From the IMG/VR virus record IMGVR_UViG_3300032007_001727: a DNA stretch of 64,000 nucleotides, one strand, 5' to 3'. A program made the position numbers and the translations under genes. The stretch comes from a virus. Its lineage: Duplodnaviria; Caudoviricetes. This document shows, piece after piece, positions 1 to 10,635 of this stretch. Within the stretch, counting starts at the first letter, position 1, and each line of letters opens with the position of its first letter. Below the pieces are notes generated by a model. The model was not told where the DNA came from and did not search any database. It saw nothing but the letters and a program-made list of their open reading frames with translations.

Positions 1-736
1 TGATAAGCCGTGGCATCTAAAGAAAGCATTATTACCAATACTTGTAATATCATTTGGAATAAATGCCGCATCAGAACCCTTTATTAAGGTATTTGTAGCA
101 GTTTCAATAATTGCATTACAGTTGTTTCTTGAGTCATAAACTGTGTTGGCAGCATCAACTTCTACGTCTGATAACCCAATATAATCTATGTCTCGAATGA
201 CTGCATTTATATTTGTAATCGCACTCCCAATATATAAAAATTTAATTTCAACACAACCATCAAAAGCACTTCCGCTTATACTTGAAACACTGTTTGGAAT
301 AATAAGAGTCTGAAGGAAAGGTCTAGCACGTTCAATTCTCATTACCTCATCTTCAGATTCAACACAAGAACCTCCCCAACCATTATATAAGTCACCAATG
401 CTTGTGCATAATTCGCCGCAAACAATTGAGGTAATACAAGCACCGCTTAGTTCACCCGTTTCCGGGTCATAGTCCAAAGTTAAATAAGATTTAATCATGC
501 ATTGTGTCAGTTCTCCGCTTCCTTGTAACTCAACTTCCGTTGGTTCGCCAACCGGAACATCATTCAAATATTCTTGTACGGTTAACTTAACAAAGAATGG
601 TGGGGGGGGGTGGAACATCCGGATTGTAGTGTACGGCACTGTCAGCCATAACATAACTTACGTTTGGCTTTGGATAGTCCGTGGCAACATAGGCTGTATA
701 ATCGGCAACAGTTGCGAACTTTTGTAAATACTTCAT
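1..736 (-). pseudogene. BspA-like LRR protein, frameshifted (phase-OFF) at a C9 tract; 3' part runs off the window
   Basis: ATG at 736 reads MKYLQKFATVADYTAYVATDYPKPNVSYVMADSAVHYNPDVPPPP, then TILC and a stop at 589-587. The downstream frame (FFVKLTVQEY...GEPTEVELQGSGELTQCMI...SISGSAFDGC...DAANTVYDSRNNCNAIIETATN) is collinear with the 54484 paralogue. G9 at 602-610; C8 or C11 would restore the frame. Confidence 0.88.
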
Positions 737-771
737 AATTATTATTTAAAAATTTAAATATGGTTATTTTA

Positions 772-825
772 ACAATAAATATCACAAATATCTTGTTATT
801 TTCATATTTTTTATATATCTTTGCA
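772..825. promoter_or_regulatory. Back-to-back module: GATATTTAT motif (- strand, LRR gene) and TATCTTTGCA Bacteroidota -7 element (+ strand)
   Basis: The same module recurs at ~7465-7515, 54400-54445, 60808-60852 and 63790-63832. Confidence 0.65.
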
Positions 826-865
826 ACAGTTAAAAAAAATGTTAAATTTCAAACCTAATTAATTC

Positions 866-2053
866 ATGTACTACGAATATAGCAATATTAAGAAATTATT
901 GGTGTGCGGTAACATTTCTGATAACCTTGATAATTTCATTAAGAGAGTGGTGTCCAAAATGCCGGAAAAGGGTGACTATGGTAATAAGGTTCACCCAAAG
1001 GAAATTGAAAGAAGAGAAAGAATCAATCGTCAGTTACAAGAAAACCCGACATTAACACTAACAAGTGGATTGTATAAAAACAAATCAAGGTATTCTTTAG
1101 ATTCATTCAATTCATCAAAAAACAATTTGATTGTTGTGTGTGGTTCCAACACATTCTATAACGATGATTATGGTTTTTATTTGAAAAAACTTGAAGAATT
1201 AAATGAAGTATTGTCCATGAATGAAAGCCATGTGGTTTTTATCCGTGGAAATGATAACGTTACGCTCTTCAAGAACAACGTATTAAACCTCAGTAACATT
1301 AAATGTATAGATGACTTTGGTGTTATTAAGGTTGGTGGATTCAATATGATGTGCATCGGCGGTTCAATATCAATTGACCGTGAATGGAGGAAAAGACAAC
1401 AAGAAAGGATAGGTAAGAGGTTGTATGATGAAAATGAGGGAATGGATTATAGAGACGAAGACGTTGACAAAGTTTTCAATGAACTCCCCATCCATTGTAT
1501 TCTGTCCTCTTGCGGCCCGTCATTCTCCAACCCCGGTATGGGTTTCTATTCATCCTCCAATTGGGTTCGTGATGACAAGAAACTGTATGAGGATATGAAG
1601 AATGAGAGGCTGAAAATGGATGCCTTATATAATAAGTTGATTGAAAAGAACAAGAAACCATACTTATGGATTTATAGCAAGTTCAATATGAGCAGCGAAA
1701 GCAATATGAATGATATGATATTCTTATCCATTAATAATACGCGGTTCATCAACATCAATGAAACAATGCACGAGGCATATTCAATATCCGACATAACCAA
1801 AATTAAGGGTGACAATACGGAAGATGCCAAGTCAAAATCAAAAAGGCGCAAGAAGAAGGAGGAATCACGAATGGCTTGGGATGTCGCTTGGGAGATTCAA
1901 CATCCGGTTTATCACCTTGATGTTGGAAACGATAGACAGATTGTTGGAGACTTAATAGAAGATGGTAGGGAGATTGAAGATGAAGTTGACCAAGAGTTGG
2001 ACGAGGGAGAAATCTTCGGAGAAGAACAAATTGTTGAACGCTTGGAATTTTAA
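866..2053 (+). CDS. Calcineurin-like metallophosphoesterase-fold protein with degenerate motifs
   Basis: LVCGNISD, VFIRGNDN (for GNHD), IGGSISIDR; acidic C-terminal tail. Confidence 0.6.
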   Translation: MYYEYSNIKKLLVCGNISDNLDNFIKRVVSKMPEKGDYGNKVHPKEIERRERINRQLQENPTLTLTSGLYKNKSRYSLDSFNSSKNNLIVVCGSNTFYNDDYGFYLKKLEELNEVLSMNESHVVFIRGNDNVTLFKNNVLNLSNIKCIDDFGVIKVGGFNMMCIGGSISIDREWRKRQQERIGKRLYDENEGMDYRDEDVDKVFNELPIHCILSSCGPSFSNPGMGFYSSSNWVRDDKKLYEDMKNERLKMDALYNKLIEKNKKPYLWIYSKFNMSSESNMNDMIFLSINNTRFININETMHEAYSISDITKIKGDNTEDAKSKSKRRKKKEESRMAWDVAWEIQHPVYHLDVGNDRQIVGDLIEDGREIEDEVDQELDEGEIFGEEQIVERLEF

Positions 2054-2060
2054 GGTAATT

Positions 2061-2828
2061 ATGGCACAGACTAACAGTAGATTTTTCTCACTCATGGTTG
2101 TTGGTGAGAACCCAAATGAAATTATAAAGAAATATGGTTCGGACTTTATTGTCGAGCCGTATGTGAAATACAAATACTTGAATGCCAAGAAGTATCAAGA
2201 CACGGCAATAAAGACGCTTGGTGCCTTATTGGATAAATCTGACACAATAGGCATTGACCCTCAGATGAAGGATGCATTGATTAACAGACTCAACAATCTG
2301 AAAAAAATGTCATCGTTTGAATATTATCGCAATCTGACTGACGGAATGTATTATGACGAGGACGGCAATGCCATTTCCGAAGAAAACCCTAATGCCAAAT
2401 ATAATACTTGCAGATTGGGGAGGAATTTTGCCCTGCCGTTAATACTTATGGACGGTTCTGAGTCTTATTCCGCATTGGTTAAGAATGTCAATTGGGATGT
2501 GATGAACGGTGCAAACAAGGAACCTTATGAAAGGGCTTGGGACATGGTGGTTGAAGGAAAGGAACCGCAAACTGAAGAAGATAAATCCATTTTTAAGGCA
2601 ATGGGTGACAAGGAGGCTTATTTTAGAAACTTTAAGTCAAAGGAGGATTATGTGGCTTATAATACAGCCTATTGGAACTACGCCTTTGCTGATAAAGACT
2701 CATGGGTGGACGTTGATGATTGCGGGGATGAGCAAAAATGGATTAGGGAGTATTATGACCGGTTTATAAAAACATTAAATCCGGATGACCTAATTACAAT
2801 ATTCGAATGCTCCATCAATAACGGATGA
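2061..2828 (+). CDS. Hypothetical phage protein
   Basis: ORF; likely start MAQTNSR just after the previous stop. Confidence 0.75.
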   Translation: MAQTNSRFFSLMVVGENPNEIIKKYGSDFIVEPYVKYKYLNAKKYQDTAIKTLGALLDKSDTIGIDPQMKDALINRLNNLKKMSSFEYYRNLTDGMYYDEDGNAISEENPNAKYNTCRLGRNFALPLILMDGSESYSALVKNVNWDVMNGANKEPYERAWDMVVEGKEPQTEEDKSIFKAMGDKEAYFRNFKSKEDYVAYNTAYWNYAFADKDSWVDVDDCGDEQKWIREYYDRFIKTLNPDDLITIFECSINNG

Positions 2829-2854
2829 ACTACCCATCAACTAAAGATTTGTGG
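2826..2854 (-). mobile_element. Degenerate IS200/IS605-type right-end remnant
   Basis: TGAACTACCCATCAACTAAAGATTTGTGG resembles GTCAACTACCCACGAACCAAAGATTCGTGG at 58185. Confidence 0.5.
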
Positions 2855-2972
2855 AATTTTTTGGTGTTTTTTATTAAAAAACATTAAAATAATGTGGGAT
2901 ATCTTGTGTATCTCACATTTTTTTTATACTTTTGCAAAAAATGATGGTACAAACACAGAAAGAATAATCACT

Positions 2973-4364
2973 ATGCAGATATTCAAAGAAGAAAGAATTA
3001 TCAAGTTAATTGAGTTCATAAAAGATGAAATTAAGGATACTGCCTTCAGAAACCATGTATTCGTGGTCGGTGGCAGCATCAGAGATTCATTATTGGGACT
3101 TAAGGTAAAGGATATTGACTTGGTGGTGGACATCCCAAACGGAGGTGTATTACTATCGACGTTCTTGACAGCCAAGAACAACTGCTATAGAACCGGAAAG
3201 AACCCCGTCATTTACAACAAATACGGTACCGCAAAGTTCCAATTTCTCAACCACAACGAATTCAACGACATTGAAATAGAGTGTGTACAAACTAGGAAGG
3301 AACAATACCACAATGAGAGCCGGAACCCAAAAGTCGTATTCGGCGAACTTGAAGAAGATGCCAAGAGAAGGGACTTTACGGTCAACTCAATTTACTACAA
3401 CATTAGCAGTGATAGGATAGAAGACCCGAATAACGGGTTGGATGATATTCTAAATGCTGTCATCAAGACTCCGTCAAACCCAAGAATAATCTTCATGGAA
3501 GACCCGCTCAGAATTCTGAGGGCGGTGAGGTTTTCTTGTAAATTGGGTTGGGGTATTGAAAAGGATACTTGGTTGGGCATGATTGAAAATGCCCATAGGA
3601 TAGATATCATATCCCAAGAAAGAATAACCGATGAGATAACCAAGATTTTGACATCACACAAGCCTAGTGTCGGGATAAGGAAGATGCTAGGGTGCGGATT
3701 GCTACATAGGGTATTGCCGGACATATACGACCTAATTGGCGTATCTGAGTGCGGCAAACTGTCTCTGTTTGACCATACAATGTCTGTGTTGGATGTCGTA
3801 AACCCGTGCATAGAGCACCGTTTAGCAGCCCTTTTCCATGATGTGGGCAAAGTCGTTGTCAATGGGGTTAATTCAAAACACGTTGATGTCCCCTCTTTCA
3901 GCAGTGATATTGCCTCCCATGACTTGTTTATGATGAAATATCCGAATTCCGTAATAGATACGGTTGAAAAGGCAATCAAGTATCACATGGCCTTTTCCAA
4001 TTACGGGGAATATGAAATCCCAAGGGATAAGATACTCCGGAAATTCATTCATCTAGTAGGTGATTCGATTGCACCGACATTCGACCTTATGAATGCAAAC
4101 AACGCATTCTGCGGGCGAAACAAGAAGAAGACCCAAGTCATGAACATACTGAACCGGATGGAAGAGTTGGAAAACATAGAAAATATGCAGAATGTTAAAC
4201 TTCCGGTTTCCGGAAAGGATATTATGGAGAAATTCAATCTGAAACAGTCTCCGCTGATTGGTACCCTCTTGAATGAGATAAGAGAGGCTTATTTTGAACG
4301 TCCGGACATTACAAAGGAAGAGTGCTTTGAATTGGTAGACAAAATCTTAAATAAAGTTATCTGA
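2973..4364 (+). CDS. cca: CCA tRNA nucleotidyltransferase (class II) with HD domain
   Basis: VGGSIRD, DIDL, RRDFTVN, EDPLRILRAVRF, ERITDE, FDHT...LFHDVGK. Confidence 0.93.
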   Translation: MQIFKEERIIKLIEFIKDEIKDTAFRNHVFVVGGSIRDSLLGLKVKDIDLVVDIPNGGVLLSTFLTAKNNCYRTGKNPVIYNKYGTAKFQFLNHNEFNDIEIECVQTRKEQYHNESRNPKVVFGELEEDAKRRDFTVNSIYYNISSDRIEDPNNGLDDILNAVIKTPSNPRIIFMEDPLRILRAVRFSCKLGWGIEKDTWLGMIENAHRIDIISQERITDEITKILTSHKPSVGIRKMLGCGLLHRVLPDIYDLIGVSECGKLSLFDHTMSVLDVVNPCIEHRLAALFHDVGKVVVNGVNSKHVDVPSFSSDIASHDLFMMKYPNSVIDTVEKAIKYHMAFSNYGEYEIPRDKILRKFIHLVGDSIAPTFDLMNANNAFCGRNKKKTQVMNILNRMEELENIENMQNVKLPVSGKDIMEKFNLKQSPLIGTLLNEIREAYFERPDITKEECFELVDKILNKVI

Positions 4365-4366
4365 CA

Positions 4367-4642
4367 ATGGGAACGAAATGCACGAAATGTCCTTTTAAGA
4401 AAACAAAGGACTGCACTCAGAGTTTTATTAGAAAATATCATAATAGTTGTACGACGTATAACATAGACAGTAAAGATGAAAGCGTCAACACGGATATTGA
4501 CAATTTTCTCGTTTCAAACGGTTTTGTGAAAGAAAAACCGAAGAAGGCCAAATCACAACCGAAAACCGTAAAGAAAAATACCAAGACAAATGGTACAAAA
4601 AAAAAAATAAGTCATGAAAAAAGCCAAGGAACCCACGTTTAA
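4367..4642 (+). CDS. Hypothetical basic protein with CxxC motif
   Basis: ORF in operon. Confidence 0.6.
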   Translation: MGTKCTKCPFKKTKDCTQSFIRKYHNSCTTYNIDSKDESVNTDIDNFLVSNGFVKEKPKKAKSQPKTVKKNTKTNGTKKKISHEKSQGTHV

Positions 4643-5180
4643 TAGATTTCTGAAAAAATGCAGCAATGCATCTACATTTAAATTGGGATTTATTTATAAA
4701 GGAATTACTAGAGGGTTTGGTGCTCATAACATCTTCCCATACTCTAACTTTATGATGTTCGTTAGGAATGCACACCATAATGAATTTGTGTCATTAGGTA
4801 AACTGAATCTGTTTACAAATATTTTGCATTATTCTGACGTATTTGATGAAATAATGAAAATAAGACTTGGAACAACCATAAGTCCGTACTATGATTGTCA
4901 GATATTAAAAAATGTACAAGTCTTTAAAAAAGGTCCGATGGCTGCATTTGATGAGTTCATGAAGGAATATCTTGTATTCTATTTCAATGACAAGTCAAAT
5001 AGGACACGACATTCGATATTATTTTATTGCTTTCTGTTCGGAATATTGTTTGCGACAATGACTAGCATCGGTGTCTTTTATTTAGCATACCGTTTTTTAG
5101 GTTATGAGGTCACCATATTTTTTACCTTGTTCTTCTTGATTGTATTATTAGTATTAAAAAACATAAAGCAAAAAATATGA
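4614..5180 (+). CDS. Hypothetical membrane protein
   Basis: Two C-terminal hydrophobic segments. Confidence 0.65.
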   Translation: MKKAKEPTFNRFLKKCSNASTFKLGFIYKGITRGFGAHNIFPYSNFMMFVRNAHHNEFVSLGKLNLFTNILHYSDVFDEIMKIRLGTTISPYYDCQILKNVQVFKKGPMAAFDEFMKEYLVFYFNDKSNRTRHSILFYCFLFGILFATMTSIGVFYLAYRFLGYEVTIFFTLFFLIVLLVLKNIKQKI

Positions 5181-5389
5181 GGGATTTTTTAAGGGCCATA
5201 CTAAGAACTTTGATTCTGTTGGCAATTGTCGGTTCGTGCACTGAAACAATTCGCTTTATGGGTAAACTAACTGAAGTGGAAGATTACCCGTACAAGGAGC
5301 GGAAAGAGTATGTCATATCAAATAATTCTGAAGACACACACGAATATGAACCGCAAGACAGTGAGTATTACACCAATACACCAAATTAA
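5177..5389 (+). CDS. Small hypothetical membrane or secreted protein
   Basis: ATGA overlap with the previous gene; hydrophobic N-terminus. Confidence 0.6.
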   Translation: MRDFLRAILRTLILLAIVGSCTETIRFMGKLTEVEDYPYKERKEYVISNNSEDTHEYEPQDSEYYTNTPN

Positions 5390-5521
5390 ATAACAATAAC
5401 GATGAGACTTGAAGAATTTAAGAAATTAGTGAAAATCACCATAATGTTTCTAATAATTTTATGGATGGTTGGACTTGGCACAATTATAATTCGTGAATTA
5501 CTTTAAAAAATAAAAAAAATT

Positions 5522-6088
5522 ATGAACGATTTTAGAGAGAAAGTCTCCGCGCTTATCAACACGGCATCGGAGCAAGCAAATTCATTGCTTGGAGAGTTTA
5601 ACAACATCGTCAACTCATTTGAGATTGACGAAAAGTATGGTTCCCTTCTCAACGAGAAGAAGAATGACTTGATTAGCAAGAGCAACAAGGTTCTCAACGA
5701 TTTCTCCGATTTGCTCAAGCAAGTCAAGGACAACTTTAAGGACATGACAATCGTCGTTCCGTTCAATGAGGACAAGGGGGAAAAGTTCACCATCACAAAG
5801 GAAGGTAACAGAGTTACCGTAGAGGTGAAATACGAGGACGAGAAAACAACCAAGCACAACAAGACAAGTGTGCTTATCGGCGAAGAATGTGATTGGGACA
5901 ACCACACTGTTTCAGTGAACAAGTTCAACAACACATTGACACTCACAATCCCCAAGAAGAAGACTGAAGGTGATGATGCCAAACCGACATTCTTGTCCAA
6001 ACTTGAAAGGAAACTCAAGGAGAACGAGGACAAGTTCGCCAAGATTATGGAGAACAACGGAATGCGGTTTGTCCGTAGGAACCCATAA
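5522..6088 (+). CDS. Hsp20/alpha-crystallin-like protein
   Basis: beta-rich region ending NNTLTLTIPKK, typical of small heat-shock proteins. Confidence 0.55.
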   Translation: MNDFREKVSALINTASEQANSLLGEFNNIVNSFEIDEKYGSLLNEKKNDLISKSNKVLNDFSDLLKQVKDNFKDMTIVVPFNEDKGEKFTITKEGNRVTVEVKYEDEKTTKHNKTSVLIGEECDWDNHTVSVNKFNNTLTLTIPKKKTEGDDAKPTFLSKLERKLKENEDKFAKIMENNGMRFVRRNP

Positions 6089-6099
6089 GACAAAAAAAG

Positions 6100-6126
6100 A
6101 AAGGTGGTCAGATATTGACCACCTTT
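6100..6126. terminator. Bidirectional terminator of an LRR cassette
   Basis: AAAGGTGGTCA-GATAT-TGACCACCTTT; identical copies at 55889 and 62259. Confidence 0.85.
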
Positions 6127-6139
6127 TTATTGTTAAGTA

Positions 6140-7426
6140 TTATTGTTCAACCTTTGTCCAATTATTTAACTGGGTAATCCAAACATCATAGCCACTGCTA
6201 CCAATTGGAACGTAGAGGGTGCCTCCTGTCCTAACAATTTGGAAAGTAGAATTAGTTATTGTTGGTGCAGTTGTTGCAAGTGATGTTATTGCTGATAAAT
6301 TAGAACAATTAGTGAAAGCATTATTACCAATGCTTGTAACACTGTCCGGAATTGTTATGCTTGGTAAACTTGTACAATAATAGAAAGCACTATTACCAAT
6401 GCTTGTAACGGTGTTTGGAATTGTTATGCTTCTTAAACTTCTACAATCAATGAAAGCACTATCACCAATGCTTGTAACACCACTGCCAATGGTACAAGTT
6501 GTCATAGCAGAACAACCATAGAAAGCACTACCACCAATACTTGTAACACTGTCCGGAATTGTTATGTCTGATAAACTTTCACAATAAAAGAAAGTACTAT
6601 CACCAATGGTCGTAACACTGTCCGGAATTGTTATGCTTGTTAAACTAGAACAACTATGGAAAGCCCTATTACCAATACTTGTAACACCGCTGCCAAGGGT
6701 ACAAGTTGTCATAGCAGAACAATTTTGGAAAGCATTACTACCAATGCTTGTAACACTGTCCGGAATTGTTATGCTTGTTAAACTATAACAATTAGTGAAA
6801 GCACTGTCACCAATGCTTGTAACACCGCTGCCAATGGTACAAGTTGTCATAGCAGAACAATTTTGGAAGGTATAATCAGCAATGCTTGTAACACCACTGC
6901 CAATGGTGCAAGTTGTCATAGCAGAACAACCACTGAAAGCATAATTACCAATGCTTGTAACACTGTCCGGAATTGTTATGCTTGGTAAACTAGAACAATA
7001 AACGAAGGCATTATTACCAATGCTTGTGACAGTGTTTGGAATTGTTATGCTTGTTAAACTTCTACAACCATTGAAAGCATACTCACCAATGCTTGTAACA
7101 CCACTGCCAATGGTACAAGTTGTCATAGCAGAACAACCATAGAAAGCCCAATTACCAATGCTTGTACAGAGTTCACCGATTTCAGCGCTGACACAAGTTG
7201 TACTGTAACCGCTTATCATTGCTCTTGTAAGTTCCCCACTGCCTTCAATTTCGACAACTTCTCCGGTGCGAAGGGTTAACTTACAGAAAAATGGTGGTGG
7301 GGGGGGGGTAGGATTGTAATGGACATCACCCTCAGCAACACAAAGTGACACGTTTGGTTTTGGGTAGTCCGTGGCAACATACGCCGTATAGTCAGCATGT
7401 GTTGCAAATTCTTTAACGTACTTCAT
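6140..7426 (-). CDS. BspA-like leucine-rich repeat protein (LRR_5), phase-ON (C10 tract)
   Basis: About 13 repeats of TIPDSVTSIGxxAFxxC / TIGSGVTSIG; G10 at 7299-7308 is in frame. Confidence 0.93.
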   Translation of the reverse strand: MKYVKEFATHADYTAYVATDYPKPNVSLCVAEGDVHYNPTPPPPPFFCKLTLRTGEVVEIEGSGELTRAMISGYSTTCVSAEIGELCTSIGNWAFYGCSAMTTCTIGSGVTSIGEYAFNGCRSLTSITIPNTVTSIGNNAFVYCSSLPSITIPDSVTSIGNYAFSGCSAMTTCTIGSGVTSIADYTFQNCSAMTTCTIGSGVTSIGDSAFTNCYSLTSITIPDSVTSIGSNAFQNCSAMTTCTLGSGVTSIGNRAFHSCSSLTSITIPDSVTTIGDSTFFYCESLSDITIPDSVTSIGGSAFYGCSAMTTCTIGSGVTSIGDSAFIDCRSLRSITIPNTVTSIGNSAFYYCTSLPSITIPDSVTSIGNNAFTNCSNLSAITSLATTAPTITNSTFQIVRTGGTLYVPIGSSGYDVWITQLNNWTKVEQ

Positions 7427-7529
7427 AATATTATTTTTTAAAGTTTTAAATTAAGTTATTTATTTCTTGTTATAAATATCTTGTTATTTTCATATTTTTT
7501 ATATATCTTTGCAAAAAACCATACAAATT

Positions 7530-8210
7530 ATGAAAATTTGCGCATTCTCAGATATGCACGGTCAGTTGGATTTTACAGTGGAGCCGTGTGACATCGCTCT
7601 GATATGTGGCGATGTCGTGCCGTTGTACATACAAATGTATAATAAGGAAAGTGAACAATGGTTTAAGGAAACGTTCATTCCTTGGTGCCTAAATCTTCCA
7701 TGTGAAAAGGTTGTCTTCATTGGTGGAAACCATGATTTTATTTTGGAAAGGCAACCGAATAAAATAAGAAAATTATTGGAAGGACAAGATAAGGTCGTAT
7801 ATTTGGACTGTGAGGCGTTTGAATATAACGGCAAAATAATATTCGGTACACCGGTATGCAAGCCATTCGGTTCATGGGCCTTTATGGAACCATATGAAAA
7901 ACAAGACTCTAGATATGAGTCTTGCATAAATGATATTGGACACGTTGATATTATAATGTCCCACGATGCACCATACGGAATAAGTGACATACTCTTGCAA
8001 AAAGATTGTCCTTGGGCTGACGGTACACACATTGGAAATCATTCCCTAAGAAAACTATTAGACAATGTGAAACCAGAAATACATGTGTTTGGTCATTTGC
8101 ATTCATGCAACCATGACGTGGTAAAGCATAATGACACTTTGGTTTCATGCGTTTCAATGCTAAATGAAAACTATATGATGGTGTACAAACCGCTTTATAT
8201 TGAGATTTAA
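7530..8210 (+). CDS. Metallophosphoesterase
   Basis: SDMHG, ICGD, GGNHD, SHDAP, FGHLH. Confidence 0.92.
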   Translation: MKICAFSDMHGQLDFTVEPCDIALICGDVVPLYIQMYNKESEQWFKETFIPWCLNLPCEKVVFIGGNHDFILERQPNKIRKLLEGQDKVVYLDCEAFEYNGKIIFGTPVCKPFGSWAFMEPYEKQDSRYESCINDIGHVDIIMSHDAPYGISDILLQKDCPWADGTHIGNHSLRKLLDNVKPEIHVFGHLHSCNHDVVKHNDTLVSCVSMLNENYMMVYKPLYIEI

Positions 8211-8265
8211 CAAACTTTAACCTAAATAATTTTGAATTTTAAACGAAAAATAATATATTTGCATT

Positions 8266-8964
8266 ATGGATAGTGAAAATATTGTTAAGATAACGGTAAA
8301 ATGTTTTTTGAAGGTGATTAAGTACAAAGGATTTTATCCAATATTCAGATGTTTTGTCGGGCATGAAGCACAAAACTGTGGGTTTAATTATTCACGTCGC
8401 TGTTCATTCCCGATGTTAGAGTGTCTAGAGCCATATGTCACCATGGCAACTATGTATGCGCATAAAAATATGTTCTATTATGCACATAGTGCTGATGAAA
8501 TTGGGGTTATAATAATTAAGACATTGCCGAAGTATGCAATGTTCTTTAATGATGAAGCCACCAATGAGGGCATAGAAAAAACCGTTTCCTATATTGTGAA
8601 CACTCTCTTGATGAACACGATTCAACTCTCAACAACTAACCACAAGTCAATGGAACAAATCGGGAGGGAGGCTTATAACCTTTCTTGTAAACTAATAATA
8701 GGTGACTCCTTTGTTGAAGAGACGGAAGAAGATACTGCAAAATCCATAAAAGAGTTTAACCAACTATTGAAGAATTCTTTAGGTGATATTTTACACATAA
8801 GTGATTCGCATGATTTTTCCAAATTTTATGCGGATATTCTCCGGGATAGGGTGCAAATGTTTCAACAAGGGCAAAATTTTGCTACATACTATCCTCTTGA
8901 TGCAAATGGATTTGCCGCAAGTGCATACCAATGGACTACTACTAGTGGTGATGATTTATATTAA
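8266..8964 (+). CDS. Hypothetical protein
   Basis: ORF preceded by a TATATTTG promoter. Confidence 0.7.
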   Translation: MDSENIVKITVKCFLKVIKYKGFYPIFRCFVGHEAQNCGFNYSRRCSFPMLECLEPYVTMATMYAHKNMFYYAHSADEIGVIIIKTLPKYAMFFNDEATNEGIEKTVSYIVNTLLMNTIQLSTTNHKSMEQIGREAYNLSCKLIIGDSFVEETEEDTAKSIKEFNQLLKNSLGDILHISDSHDFSKFYADILRDRVQMFQQGQNFATYYPLDANGFAASAYQWTTTSGDDLY

Positions 8965-8991
8965 AAGAAAAAAAAATTAAAACTATAGACT

Positions 8992-9531
8992 ATGGAAACT
9001 TGTCATCTTTGTAAAGAGTTAATTAAAAATTATATCGGTGACGAAAGAGTATTCTTTGACGCTTGCTGTGCTAGGTCATTGGTTATTAAAGGAACATTCA
9101 CAAAACCTAGGCTGATTACCGCAAACGCTTCCCCCATGAGCACCCTTACAACACCGAATTGGTGCCCGAAAATGAGGGGTGTGCTCCGGGAGAGTTTTGT
9201 GGAGACAACCGAAAACAAACTGCTTCCGCCGCCTCCAACAACTAGTCAAGCATCAAGCGAAGTTCCGTTCAAGAACTTGTCATATTACGAGAAGATGAAG
9301 AGACTCTCCGAACTGCCTAAGCATATGACTTGGGATGAAATAAAGGTTGGGAACACATACGTGATTCCAAAGATATTAACAAAGAAGATGAAAATAGTGA
9401 AGGTGGTTGAAAAGACCGCAGCGATGATTCGTTGCAGTGAAATAGAAGACGGAAAAGAGAGCCTATACATGACAACCATATACCCAAATGATGTTGAGGC
9501 AGTGTTTATTGTTAACTTTTTAACCTTTTAA
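8992..9531 (+). CDS. Hypothetical protein, Cys-rich N-terminus
   Basis: C-terminal WDEIKVGNTYVIP resembles the next ORF. Confidence 0.7.
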   Translation: METCHLCKELIKNYIGDERVFFDACCARSLVIKGTFTKPRLITANASPMSTLTTPNWCPKMRGVLRESFVETTENKLLPPPPTTSQASSEVPFKNLSYYEKMKRLSELPKHMTWDEIKVGNTYVIPKILTKKMKIVKVVEKTAAMIRCSEIEDGKESLYMTTIYPNDVEAVFIVNFLTF

Positions 9532-9534
9532 CTT

Positions 9535-9783
9535 ATGGTAACTACTATTGAAGAATTAAAGGAGGCATTGGCCGGTGTTCCTAGTTCGACTCCGTGGGAA
9601 GATGTCAAGGTCAAGACGTTATACCACATCCCGACTCTGTTGAATCTTAGTCGGCGTGATATCATTATACTTAAAAAAGATGATGAGAAGGCAACCTACC
9701 GGAAGATAGGAGACACGGAAGAGAGGGTGATGAACAGATACTCCCTATTTGCCAAGGTTATGGTTAAAAAGAGAGTGTTTTAA
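9535..9783 (+). CDS. Hypothetical protein, paralogue of the C-terminal domain of the previous gene
   Basis: WEDVKVKTLYHIP. Confidence 0.7.
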   Translation: MVTTIEELKEALAGVPSSTPWEDVKVKTLYHIPTLLNLSRRDIIILKKDDEKATYRKIGDTEERVMNRYSLFAKVMVKKRVF

Positions 9784-9851
9784 CCTATTTTAACTTAAAA
9801 TGTTTGTGTTTTCAAAATAAAATTTGTATTTTTGCAAAAAATCAGAAAACA

Positions 9852-10283
9852 ATGCTATATTCCTTTTTCAGAATCATATTTGGGATTGCCGACTGTTTCG
9901 CTGTTTGCTATATGTTTACAAATGGTGATTATGAATACGCTTTCTTCCTAATCACCATATTACTATGGTGCGCCTACTCCTTTTTTAGGGAGGATGATAA
10001 TGAATATCTGATTAGGGAAGGTATCGACCCGGAAGAGATTTCTTGGTATTTCCCGCAGATGACATACGAGGAAGCCATTAGGAATAGAAGCAAGCAAAAC
10101 TACATTGCGTCCGATGGTAATATTAACTACACGCAAAATAATAGGTATTACAGTAAACGTAAGACGAATACGGCCACCACTACTACCACTAGCGACCCTA
10201 ACGCATCTAACAAGTTAAAGAATAAGGTTAGCATAAAGATAACCGTTGCAAAAGACGGAGAAAAAAATGTTGAAAAATTATAA
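9852..10283 (+). CDS. Hypothetical membrane protein
   Basis: Two N-terminal TM-like segments. Confidence 0.65.
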   Translation: MLYSFFRIIFGIADCFAVCYMFTNGDYEYAFFLITILLWCAYSFFREDDNEYLIREGIDPEEISWYFPQMTYEEAIRNRSKQNYIASDGNINYTQNNRYYSKRKTNTATTTTTSDPNASNKLKNKVSIKITVAKDGEKNVEKL

Positions 10284-10298
10284 AATAAAAATATCGAT

Positions 10299-10631
10299 AT
10301 GGACACAAAGACAGAAAGCAAGGTTGAGGTATTGACTTGCGCGAGCACCGCAGACGGTGAAATTAAAATGGAAGCACCATTGTTCATACTTTTTGCCGAA
10401 TATTTTGGCTATGTCAGTATGTTCAATAAGGTTGCGGAAGATTGGTGTGTCGGAGCAAATGTTCCGGAATTGCATGTGCAGAAACTGATTATAGTGGAAG
10501 CAAAGAGCATATTGCGCCAAATGCTCAAGGATTATTCCGTGGAGGATATACGGGATATATATAACCAATATTATCCGTTGGTGCTTGAAGAATATGCCGA
10601 ATCATTGGCCGAACTCACCAAAAAGAAGTAA
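10299..10631 (+). CDS. Hypothetical protein
   Basis: ORF with A-rich leader. Confidence 0.65.
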   Translation: MDTKTESKVEVLTCASTADGEIKMEAPLFILFAEYFGYVSMFNKVAEDWCVGANVPELHVQKLIIVEAKSILRQMLKDYSVEDIRDIYNQYYPLVLEEYAESLAELTKKK

Positions 10632-10635
10632 CGCT

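Noticed and set aside
497-727. 76-aa + strand ORF and the many antisense ORFs in the track
   Set aside because: They are shadow ORFs opposite real genes; this one lies antisense to the frameshifted LRR gene.
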